Positions 9,247 to 16,453 of a stretch of 22,062 nucleotides of DNA are shown piece by piece (position 1 is the first letter of the stretch; each line of letters opens with the position of its first letter). Below the pieces are notes generated by a model, which had not been told where the DNA came from, ran no database searches, and saw only the letters and a program-made list of their open reading frames with translations. The DNA lies in assembly GCA_039801225.1 (NCBI GenBank), contig JBDRUH010000021.1, positions 1 to 22,062 on the forward strand, read 5' to 3'. Position numbers and translations under genes: made by a program. The DNA is from a candidate division WOR-3 bacterium. Its GTDB lineage: Bacteria; Hydrothermota; Tepidihabitantia; Tepidihabitantales; Tepidihabitantaceae.

Positions 9247-9486
9247 TAACCGGTTTACTCAAATAACTTACTTGTGTTCCTTTTATTTAAATTGATGTAA
9301 ATTATAATTTTGCTTCCTTACCAATAAATATTGACAATAGAAGATTTTGTAATAAGTTATTTTGCAATGTTTGGTATGTTACTTGATAAAATTTTGCCAC
9401 TCTATGCCCAAAATTGCCTTCGGCGAATTGTCTTTTCCCGAGGTAGTTAGATGAAATATTAAGATGCCCATTTAGGAGGTGGTGAT

Positions 9487-10083
9487 ATGAAGATAATAGG
9501 GTTGGTCGGTTCAATGAGGAAGAAAGGAAACACCAATCTATTGGTAGAAACGGTATTGAAATCGGCAGAAAAGATTAACGCTGATATTGAATCAGAAGTT
9601 ATCCAGATTGCCGAATTGAATATTGAATCCTGTCGCGCTTGCTATAATTTATGCTCAAAAAAGCCTTACCGGTGTGTTATAAAAGACGATTTGTCAACTG
9701 TTTTTGATAAAATAAAAGCAAGCGATGCCCTGGTAATTGGTTCGCCACTATATTTCAATATACCCTCACGATTGACCGCCTTTATGGAGCGCCTGGTTTG
9801 CCTAGCCTATTTTTATGAGATGCGGGGATTTAAAGAACCCCATCCTTTAAACAATAAGCCCTGTGCTCTTATTGCGGTTTGCGGTGGCGATGACCCGCGC
9901 CCAGTATTAGAGCATCTTTTCAATTTTGCTTTATGCCTCAGGATGAATCCTATCACTATGAAATCTTATCCTTACTTCGGCGTTGGTGGAAAAGGTAGGG
10001 TAAAAGAGGATAAAGACCTTAATCCGATTGAAAACGCAAAGGTTCTTGCTGAATTGTTGGTGAAGGCGATGGCGAGAAGATAG
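9487..10083 (+). CDS. Flavodoxin-fold iron-sulfur flavoprotein / NADPH-dependent FMN reductase family
   Basis: GSMRKKGNT FMN loop, CRACYNLCSKKPYRC cysteine cluster, DALVIGSPLYF, FMER; AGGAGGT RBS upstream. Confidence 0.88.
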   Translation: MKIIGLVGSMRKKGNTNLLVETVLKSAEKINADIESEVIQIAELNIESCRACYNLCSKKPYRCVIKDDLSTVFDKIKASDALVIGSPLYFNIPSRLTAFMERLVCLAYFYEMRGFKEPHPLNNKPCALIAVCGGDDPRPVLEHLFNFALCLRMNPITMKSYPYFGVGGKGRVKEDKDLNPIENAKVLAELLVKAMARR

Positions 10084-10148
10084 AGCAGGTAGGATTTCGG
10101 TTATTATCAATTTTGGAGTTGGGAAATAACAAATCAGGGGGTCACGAG

Positions 10149-10188
10149 AGGCCCAGTCAGGCGGCTATATTTTTGACTGAGCCTTTTT
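10149..10188 (+). terminator. Probable intrinsic terminator
   Basis: AGGCCCAGTCA (10149-10159) / TGACTGAGCCT (10174-10184), one mismatch, followed by a T-run. Confidence 0.6.
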
Positions 10189-10291
10189 ATTGGACCGGAC
10201 CTCCGTGCCTCCGTAATTCATTAGACTAATAAGAATTAAAAAGGGTTCTCAGTTTTTCATCTCAAAGACTAACTATCGGTAATTCAGTGCG

Positions 10292-11608
10292 TTATTTGAC
10301 GAAAACGGCTTTTTTATGCCATCTTCTATTACCGGCAATCAGTTCCAAAGTATACACACCGGCTGGCAGTTGTTTAAGGTAAAAGCGGTGCTCGCCGGCA
10401 GGAAGTTCACCGGAGCAGACTTTATCAATTATTCTACCGAGGGGGTCAATGAGCCGGAGTTCAACCTTTGCTGGCTGGAGGAGGGTAAAAGAGATTTGGC
10501 GTCCGTTTTTGCCGATGAGAGGCGCAAGGTCAAAGGGCTTTTTTAGATAGTGGTTGGTTAGTTGTTCAATTCCAACGCCATTGCGGGTGGAAACAAGCAT
10601 TGAGTCTAAGGTGCTATTACCATACACATCCAAGGCACGAACAACCACCCAGTAATCGCCATCGTCACACAAAGCGGTTGCCCATTTTCCGGTGGTATCC
10701 GAGAGTTCAATGATTGAGTCGCCATCGGTGTTGGTAATTATGAAGTAGTAATCACGGTTTTCATAGTCGCCGCGGGAGTTACAGGTTCTGTCATCTTTAT
10801 ACACCACCTGGACGAGAGAACCTTCCAGCCGATTGGAAAATTGAACCGAGAGAGTCCAAGGAATTATTACCATTCCGTCGGCACGCCGGATTGTAAACTC
10901 AATCTGATAGGGGGCGAGTTTGTCCCAGACCTGGTTTCCTGTGGAAATTCCAGTCTTGTCATATACCTTAACAATAATGTCCACATCGCCAATTAGCGAT
11001 TCAGGATTGAGGTAGCGGTTGTTCCGATTGTTTTCGCAAAAGGCAAAGCGAAAGTTAAACCGGGCATTTTCAAAAACTGGTGGTGTTAAGTCGGTGTTGG
11101 GCTGAATTAGGGTCAATGGGTTCTGGATAAACCACCAGGTCGGAGCGGGAAAGCGTTGCCAGGTGGCACCGGTGTCAGAAATTCGGGCAAAGTGAAGATG
11201 GTCAAAGGTAGCCTCATCGGTCCATTTTACGAGATAACCAATCACTTCACCCTCCGAGACCTCCTCGCCTAAGTTCTTATGCCAGCGATAAGGGTCAATA
11301 TGGGCATAGAGCCAGCCTTCAGCCCTGTCGGTATAGGTTAAAGGTGAATCGCAGACTGCAATCCGGTAGTGAAGGTCCGCCTGGATGGTTCCCCAAGCCT
11401 TGACCCAACCAGGTGCGACAGCCCGAACCTCAACACCACTGGTATCCGGGGTGAGGATGTCAATGCCATTGTGGAAATAAGGTCCACCGCCGTAATCTTG
11501 GTATTCACCCCAATTGTTGCCTATGGGATGAACTTGGTCTGCTGGCGGTATCGGCCAGGAGGTGGCAATAAGAGAGTTAACAAGAAACAAGAGTAAAAAT
11601 AGGCGCAT
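10292..11608 (-). CDS. Secreted M23-like metallopeptidase with Ig-like domain and T9SS-type C-terminal domain
   Basis: FHNGID (HxxxD), VRAVAPG.V, LYAHI, GEVIG, HLHF (HxH). Signal peptide from MRLFLLLFL (start re-called at 11608). Tail LIDPLGR..LPAGVY.LEL..KKAVFVK. Confidence 0.78.
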   Translation of the reverse strand: MRLFLLLFLVNSLIATSWPIPPADQVHPIGNNWGEYQDYGGGPYFHNGIDILTPDTSGVEVRAVAPGWVKAWGTIQADLHYRIAVCDSPLTYTDRAEGWLYAHIDPYRWHKNLGEEVSEGEVIGYLVKWTDEATFDHLHFARISDTGATWQRFPAPTWWFIQNPLTLIQPNTDLTPPVFENARFNFRFAFCENNRNNRYLNPESLIGDVDIIVKVYDKTGISTGNQVWDKLAPYQIEFTIRRADGMVIIPWTLSVQFSNRLEGSLVQVVYKDDRTCNSRGDYENRDYYFIITNTDGDSIIELSDTTGKWATALCDDGDYWVVVRALDVYGNSTLDSMLVSTRNGVGIEQLTNHYLKKPFDLAPLIGKNGRQISFTLLQPAKVELRLIDPLGRIIDKVCSGELPAGEHRFYLKQLPAGVYTLELIAGNRRWHKKAVFVK

Positions 11609-11613
11609 AGGTA

Positions 11614-11641
11614 ATATTATCAGTAGGGAAGCGGAGGTCAA
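11614..11641 (-). promoter_or_regulatory. Promoter for probably leaderless M23 transcript
   Basis: TTGACC (11641-11636), 16 bp, TAATAT (11619-11614); ATG at 11608 follows after 5 nt; no SD. Confidence 0.55.
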
Positions 11642-11691
11642 AGGCATCTATTTACACCACTGATAATCCATTTTATATTTTAGATTAAGAA

Positions 11692-12438
11692 ATGGCAGCA
11701 CCATTTTCCCGTTTTGCCCGGCATTACGACCAATTTATGACCAAGTATGTTGATTACCCGGGATGGGTCAATTATGTGGAAAGAATCTTCAAACGGTTTC
11801 GGGTGGCACCGAAAAGAATTTTGGATGTTGCCTGCGGAACCGGAATCCCGACAATAATTTTAGCGAAAAAGGGTTACCACCTGATCGGCGTTGACCGGTC
11901 AAGGGAGATGCTGGAGGTGCTTTTAGAAAAGAGAAAAGGTCTGCCGATTGAGGTTATCTGTGCCGACATCAGAAATTTTACCCTGCCCGAGCCGGTTGAT
12001 GCGGCAATTTCCTTATACGACAGTATCAACTACCTCCTTACTGAAGAGGACCTGCGCCGTTGTTTTAGTTGTGTCTATCAGGCACTGATTCCGGACGGGA
12101 TTTTTGCCTTTGATATGAATACGGTTTACGGACTGGCCGAGTTCTGGGGAACAAGAACGATGAATCGGGATACTCCAGAGATAACCTCTGTCTGGCAGAA
12201 CCGATTTGACCCGGAGACGCGTGTTTCAACTTTACATCTCTTATTTAAAGAGAAGTTGCCGGATGGCACTTTTGGGGAAAGTTTTGAAGAAATTCATGAG
12301 GAGCGCGCTTACACTGCCGATGAGGTTCGTCGGGCGCTAACCGCGGCAGGCTTTACTGAATGCCACTTTTATCATCACGGTAGTTTTCTGCCTGTAGGAG
12401 CGCGGACAACCCGAATGATGATAGTGGCGCGGCGTTAA
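11692..12438 (+). CDS. Class I SAM-dependent methyltransferase
   Basis: ILDVACGTG motif I, GVDRS..ML, DIRNF, YDSINYL, DGIFAFDMNT, E.H.ERAY. Confidence 0.9.
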   Translation: MAAPFSRFARHYDQFMTKYVDYPGWVNYVERIFKRFRVAPKRILDVACGTGIPTIILAKKGYHLIGVDRSREMLEVLLEKRKGLPIEVICADIRNFTLPEPVDAAISLYDSINYLLTEEDLRRCFSCVYQALIPDGIFAFDMNTVYGLAEFWGTRTMNRDTPEITSVWQNRFDPETRVSTLHLLFKEKLPDGTFGESFEEIHEERAYTADEVRRALTAAGFTECHFYHHGSFLPVGARTTRMMIVARR

Positions 12439-12444
12439 GAAAGA

Positions 12445-12500
12445 GTAGGGGAAGGCTTTAGCCTTGCAAACCGGAAAGCAAACCTGAAGGGCTGCCCCGT
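12445..12500. repeat. GTAG-type REP-like palindrome doublet (REPIN-like)
   Basis: GTAGGGGAAGGCTTTAGCCTTGC (12445-12467, hairpin AAGGC/GCCTT) and inverted degenerate partner GCAAACCTGAAGGGCTGCCCCGT (12478-12500), 6 nt after a stop codon. Confidence 0.65.
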
Positions 12501-12510
12501 GCCGATGCAA

Positions 12511-12540
12511 GGGGATTGCTTCGCTCCGCTCGCAATGACG
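12511..12540 (-). repeat. CGTC-type palindromic repeat
   Basis: Minus strand CGTCATTGCGAGCGGAGCGAAGCAATCCCC; ATTGC...GCAAT palindrome preceded by CGTC. Confidence 0.65.
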
Positions 12541-12780
12541 GGGTGGAGGCTCGTAATGCATCTTTACGAGCGGAGCGAGGAAACGAAGTGCCCTACCCCC
12601 ATCATTCCCAATTGTCCAAATCTTATCATCATTCGTGCATATGTGCACAACAATGCACAAATTAACTTCCAATTAAGTTATTGAATTCAAAAAGTTTATA
12701 ATGATGATACAAAAATTCTTGGTTATGCCCCGGGCTCGCCCCTTAACCGTTACCTCTCCTGTCAAACTCCCTCACCCTCC

Positions 12781-12819
12781 TGTCATTCCGACCGAGCGTA
12801 AGCGAGTGGAGGAATCCCC
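12781..12819 (+). repeat. CGTC/TGTC-type palindromic repeat
   Basis: TGTCATTCCGACCGAGCGTAAGCGAGTGGAGGAATCCCC; ATTCC...GGAAT palindrome; related copy GTCATTCCGACTGAGC at 22040-22055. Confidence 0.6.
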
Positions 12820-12834
12820 CTGTCATCTTTTTAT

Positions 12835-12900
12835 TTCATAGTTTGGAGTTCATAGTTTGGGGGTCTCAACTAAGACCTTAAAACTAAAAACCAACAACTC
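12835..12900. repeat. Inverted heptamer-periodic array
   Basis: TTCATAGTTTGG twice at 14-bp period; AGTT/GGGT at 12840, 12847, 12854, 12861, then AACT/ACCT/AACC at 12868, 12875, 12882, 12889, 12896. Confidence 0.6.
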
Positions 12901-12973
12901 TCAGATGAACATTTTACCTCCAAAAGTGTAGATATTACCTGTGTCCTGTCTGAATAAAATGCATACCCCGCAA

Positions 12974-13002
12974 TTGACAAAAATTGGGATGTGGCTTATA
13001 AT
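12974..13002 (+). promoter_or_regulatory. Sigma70-type promoter, perfect consensus
   Basis: TTGACA (12974-12979), 17 bp, TATAAT (12997-13002); AGGAGGT RBS before ATG 13029. Confidence 0.85.
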
Positions 13003-13028
13003 ATACCAATATAAAAAGGAGGTTTATT

Positions 13029-13508
13029 ATGAAAAGGCTGGATAGGGTCTTTCTCCTGCCAATAGTAGGAACCTTTATGGTTCTGGCAGGGACAAATGAT
13101 GTTACAACCAAACAAGCAGCCAATAGGTCAGATAAAGTTAAAGTAGTGCAGACCCGGCGAGTTGTAATTGAGGATGAGGTAGGTAAGGTGCGTGCTGAGA
13201 TAGCAGCGGATGAGAAGGAACCAGATATCATTCTCTACGACAGTGATGGTGACGGGTGTGTCGCTTTAGATGAAGACAAGGGGGGTTCTGGGCTTGAGGT
13301 TTATGATGAGAAGGGTAGAACTCGGCTGCGGATGTCGGCAACCGGAATAGAAATTTATGACGGAAATGAGAAGCCGCAGGTGCGCTGGTCTGCTTCGGGT
13401 TTGAAAATTTATGATGAGAAGGGTAAGGTGCGTCTCTTCTGGTCAGGTTTAGGACTTGGGCTGTTTGATGAAAAAGGCAGGTTGCGCTTACGATTGTCCG
13501 CGGAGTAA
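13029..13508 (+). CDS. Hypothetical exported or membrane-anchored protein with tandem 18-aa beta repeats
   Basis: Strong promoter and RBS; hydrophobic N-terminus; four repeats xG(L/I)x(V/I/L)(Y/F)D(E/G)xxxxxx(R/F)xSx at 13287-13502. Confidence 0.8.
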   Translation: MKRLDRVFLLPIVGTFMVLAGTNDVTTKQAANRSDKVKVVQTRRVVIEDEVGKVRAEIAADEKEPDIILYDSDGDGCVALDEDKGGSGLEVYDEKGRTRLRMSATGIEIYDGNEKPQVRWSASGLKIYDEKGKVRLFWSGLGLGLFDEKGRLRLRLSAE

Positions 13509-13549
13509 GCGCCTTTTAAAAGAGATAGGGTTTACAGGAGGATTTTTCT

Positions 13550-14932
13550 ATGAAAAGGCTTTTTTTGCTCTTGGTGCCGGTAATCTGTTTCGGCGTCTAT
13601 GATATAAAGTGGTTTGACCTGAACCACTGGCGTTGTGCGTTTATAAATGATGGCCGCTGGGGATTTGACCCGACGAGCGGTTCTGGCGTTCCGGGCGCCT
13701 CCTGGCCTCACCCGTTGAAAAACTTTTACCTTTTCGGTGCCGGGCTTTGGGTTGGCGCGACTGTTGATTCGGAGACGCTGGTCACGGTTGGCTATAACCC
13801 GAACTCTGCCCAAACCGAGTTTTTCCCCACCCTTTGCCGATACTGGCGAGAAGGCAGTGCCGATTCGCTTGACCGGGTATATAAATATCCAGATGACTGG
13901 CCACCACCAATCTCCCGTTTTCCCATGGCGCCCCAGAGTGCGGTCTCCGAGATGGATATGTGGAGCTGCTTTGGCGACTCCAACCCGGACTGTCACAACC
14001 CTCCGGGCAGACCACTCGGTATTGACATCTACCTTACAGTTTACGGGTATTCCGATTCTATCGCTCAGGACCTGTTTTTATTAAAATATGAACTTGCCAA
14101 CGCCTCGGGCAATCATTTAAACGGGCTTTACTTCGGGGTGGTAGTTGATGCGGACATTGGCAGTTCTTTGGACGATATGTGCGGTTTGATTCTTAATAAG
14201 ATGTTTGTCGTAGGAGGTGACACCTTCTGGGTGAAAAATGCCGGCTTCTTCTATGACTATGACAATATTGAACCACCCGGCTCAACCTGGGATTCAGGAA
14301 CTCCGGGTGCAGTTGCCCTGCGGCTTTTATATGCTCCTAATAATCTCGGGCTTACCGCTTTCAAACAGTTCACCATTGAGATTGATCCAATGACCGACCC
14401 AGAACAATACCTGACGCTAAAAGGCTATAACTATCAGACTGGTGAGTATGAGCCCTACGATTCAATTGACCCTGGTCCGGGTGATAAACGGGCGCTATTT
14501 GCCACCGGTCCATTTGGCTTACCGCCGGAGGCGGTATTGACATTCTGGTATGCGGTGCTGGCTGCGCCCTATGGTGAATTGGGTCAGATGCCAGATGAAC
14601 GGGATACCACCGAACTAGTTCGGCGCTGTTGGTGGGCAGAACAGGTTTGGCAGAGAATTTTGGGGGTTAAGGAGGTGGCGGAGGAGCCAGCTCTCGGTAG
14701 CGTAGTCTTTCCCAACCCCTGCCGGATAGGAACTCCGCTCCGCATAGTGCTAAATAAGCCGGTGCGAATTTATGATGCACAGGGCAGACTGGTGAGGAAT
14801 TTAACGGAAAGTGGCATCAAAGTCTGGAATGGCAGAGACCTTTGGGGAAGGCAGGTTAGCGCTGGTGTTTATTTTGTTAAGACAGGAAAGGATAATCAGA
14901 ATACCCACAAGGTGCTGATTGTGAAGGAGTAG
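13550..14932 (+). CDS. Secreted protein of unknown function with T9SS type A/FlgD-Ig C-terminal domain
   Basis: AGGAGG RBS; signal peptide MKRLFLLLVPVICFG; YLFGAGLWVGA and YFGVVVDADIG motifs; tail VFPNP..IYDAQGRLVR..WNGRD..G..VSAGVYFVK..HKVLIVKE. Confidence 0.8.
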   Translation: MKRLFLLLVPVICFGVYDIKWFDLNHWRCAFINDGRWGFDPTSGSGVPGASWPHPLKNFYLFGAGLWVGATVDSETLVTVGYNPNSAQTEFFPTLCRYWREGSADSLDRVYKYPDDWPPPISRFPMAPQSAVSEMDMWSCFGDSNPDCHNPPGRPLGIDIYLTVYGYSDSIAQDLFLLKYELANASGNHLNGLYFGVVVDADIGSSLDDMCGLILNKMFVVGGDTFWVKNAGFFYDYDNIEPPGSTWDSGTPGAVALRLLYAPNNLGLTAFKQFTIEIDPMTDPEQYLTLKGYNYQTGEYEPYDSIDPGPGDKRALFATGPFGLPPEAVLTFWYAVLAAPYGELGQMPDERDTTELVRRCWWAEQVWQRILGVKEVAEEPALGSVVFPNPCRIGTPLRIVLNKPVRIYDAQGRLVRNLTESGIKVWNGRDLWGRQVSAGVYFVKTGKDNQNTHKVLIVKE

Positions 14933-14935
14933 GTG

Positions 14936-16225
14936 TTACTTTTTCGGCTTCTGCCTTTTTTTAAGTTCACCCTCAAAGCCGCGGTCGGTCGGGAAGTAAT
15001 ACTTTCTGCCTTTTAGTGATTCGGGGAGGTGTTCCTGGTCAACTTGGGCATCAGGATAGTCATGAGCATATTTGTAGCCCTTACCATAACCCAAACCCTC
15101 CATTAATGGGGTGACCGGGTTACGGAGATGCAAAGGAACGGGTTCAGTCAGGCTATTTAAGGCGTCCTGTTTTGCCATGGTATATGCCTTATAGACCGCG
15201 TTTGATTTTGGTGCCAAAGCCAGGTAGATGACCGCTTGGGCTAATGCGGTGTTACCTTCGGGCATACCGATGAAATGAACCGCATCTTTTGCGGCATTGG
15301 CGATTAAAAGGGCATTGGGGCTGGCCAGACCGATGTCTTCAGAGGCAAACCGGACCAGACGCCGGGCAATATATAACGGGTCCTCACCCGCTTCAAGCAT
15401 CCGGGCAAGCCAGTAAAGCGCCCCATCCGGGTCGGAGTCTCTTAATGATTTGTGCAGGGCAGAAATCAGGTTATAGTGCTCCTCACCGCCTTTGTCGTAT
15501 AATAAAAACTTCCTCTGCACCACCTCCTGCGCCAGTTCCAGCATGACCGGGCGTTTGCCCTCTCTGGTCGGCTCTGCCGATATGACCGAAATCTCTAAGG
15601 CGGTTAGCGCCACCCGGGCATCTCCTTGAGCAACAATCGTGAAATAGTCTAAAACATCTTCACCTATTTCAGGCTTTAGTTCTGCCAGCCCCTCTTTGGC
15701 ACTAAGTGCCCGGCGCATAAGGATTTTTAACTCTTCGGGTTTGAGTTGGTTTAAGACATAAACCCGGGTGCGAGAAAGAAGCGGGGCGATTACCTCAAAT
15801 GAGGGGTTTTCGGTTGTTGCGCCAATCAGGGTTAATAACCCGGATTCAACATAGGGCAAAAGCGCATCCTGCTGCGCCTTGTTAAACCGGTGAATTTCGT
15901 CAATAAATAAAATGGTCTTTTTCTCAAAGAGTTGCCGGTTTTCTTTTGCCTTTTTTACCGCCCGGCGGATATCATTGACACCTGCTGTTACGGCGGAAAT
16001 TGGAATGAACTCCGCCTTAATGTAGTTGGCGATGACTCGGGCAAGGGTTGTTTTGCCCGAACCAGGGGGACCCCAGAAAATCATTGAGTGCAGTTCGCCT
16101 CGTTCCAGCATCTTCCGGAAGGGCTTATCTTTTGCCAATAAATGGCTTTGACCGACAATCTCATCAAGGGTTTTGGGTCGCATCCGCTCGGCTAATGGAG
16201 TAGCGGCGTTAAACCTTTCCACCAT
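14936..16225 (-). CDS. rarA: Replication-associated recombination protein A (RarA/MgsA AAA+ ATPase)
   Basis: [16 protein letters not shown] Walker [16 protein letters not shown]alker [45 protein letters not shown]. Start at 16225 or 16228. Confidence 0.95.
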   Translation of the reverse strand: MVERFNAATPLAERMRPKTLDEIVGQSHLLAKDKPFRKMLERGELHSMIFWGPPGSGKTTLARVIANYIKAEFIPISAVTAGVNDIRRAVKKAKENRQLFEKKTILFIDEIHRFNKAQQDALLPYVESGLLTLIGATTENPSFEVIAPLLSRTRVYVLNQLKPEELKILMRRALSAKEGLAELKPEIGEDVLDYFTIVAQGDARVALTALEISVISAEPTREGKRPVMLELAQEVVQRKFLLYDKGGEEHYNLISALHKSLRDSDPDGALYWLARMLEAGEDPLYIARRLVRFASEDIGLASPNALLIANAAKDAVHFIGMPEGNTALAQAVIYLALAPKSNAVYKAYTMAKQDALNSLTEPVPLHLRNPVTPLMEGLGYGKGYKYAHDYPDAQVDQEHLPESLKGRKYYFPTDRGFEGELKKRQKPKK

Positions 16226-16231
16226 CATTAA

Positions 16232-16259
16232 ATTATAAACAAAAAAAGTTGCGTGGCAA
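16232..16259 (-). promoter_or_regulatory. Promoter for probably leaderless rarA
   Basis: TTGCCA (16259-16254), 16 bp, TATAAT (16237-16232); ATG at 16225 sits at the expected start site; no SD. Confidence 0.6.
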
Positions 16260-16294
16260 ACTGCCCGAAGATTGCCACTCCAGAAACTGGATGC

Positions 16295-16322
16295 TTGACT
16301 TAAGACTCTACTTATTTATTAT
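16295..16322 (+). promoter_or_regulatory. Promoter for tRNA-Asn
   Basis: TTGACT (16295-16300), 16 bp, TATTAT (16317-16322). Confidence 0.6.
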
Positions 16323-16333
16323 TAAAATGTCTT

Positions 16334-16406
16334 TCCAGCGTAGCTCAATGGGTAGAGCATCCGGCTGTTAACCGGAGGGTCGCAGGTTCGAGCCCTGCCG
16401 CTGGAG
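16334..16406 (+). tRNA. tRNA-Asn(GTT)
   Basis: TCCAGCG acceptor, TAGCTCAATGGGTAGAGC D-arm, TCCGG-CTGTTAA-CCGGA anticodon arm, GCAGG-TTCGAGC-CCTGC T-arm, CGCTGGA-G; no CCA. Confidence 0.96.
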
Positions 16407-16407
16407 T

Positions 16408-16438
16408 AAAAAACGGGGCTGCTTTCGGGCAGCCCCGT
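16408..16438 (-). terminator. Intrinsic terminator for the kelch gene; may also serve tRNA-Asn
   Basis: 10-bp stem ACGGGGCTGC / GCAGCCCCGT with a 6-nt TTTCGG loop; A6 run at 16408-16413 gives a U-tract on the - strand. Confidence 0.8.
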
Positions 16439-16453
16439 GGTGTTTAATAGCTG

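Noticed and set aside
9113..9262. 50-aa N-terminal extension of the M16 peptidase in the ORF track
   Set aside because: It is a read-through of tRNA-Leu and its promoter; a normal signal peptide begins at 9112.
9400..9486. Riboswitch upstream of the flavoprotein
   Set aside because: Only one small hairpin (AATTGCC/GGCGAATT); no FMN, SAM, TPP or cobalamin consensus recognised.
10200..10214. Short CCTCCGT tandem repeat
   Set aside because: Only two copies; too short to support an element.
12337..12684. ORFs 12337-12672 (-) and 12499-12684 (+)
   Set aside because: These translate the palindromic repeats (e.g. RHCERSEAI, CFAPLAMT), have no RBS, and one overlaps the methyltransferase.
12674..12698. 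IHF-like palindromic site TAAGTTATTGAATTCAAAAAGTTTA
   Set aside because: Imperfect match in an AT-rich tract; cannot be distinguished from background.
12439..12960. CRISPR array
   Set aside because: No regularly spaced identical repeats with unique spacers and no cas genes.
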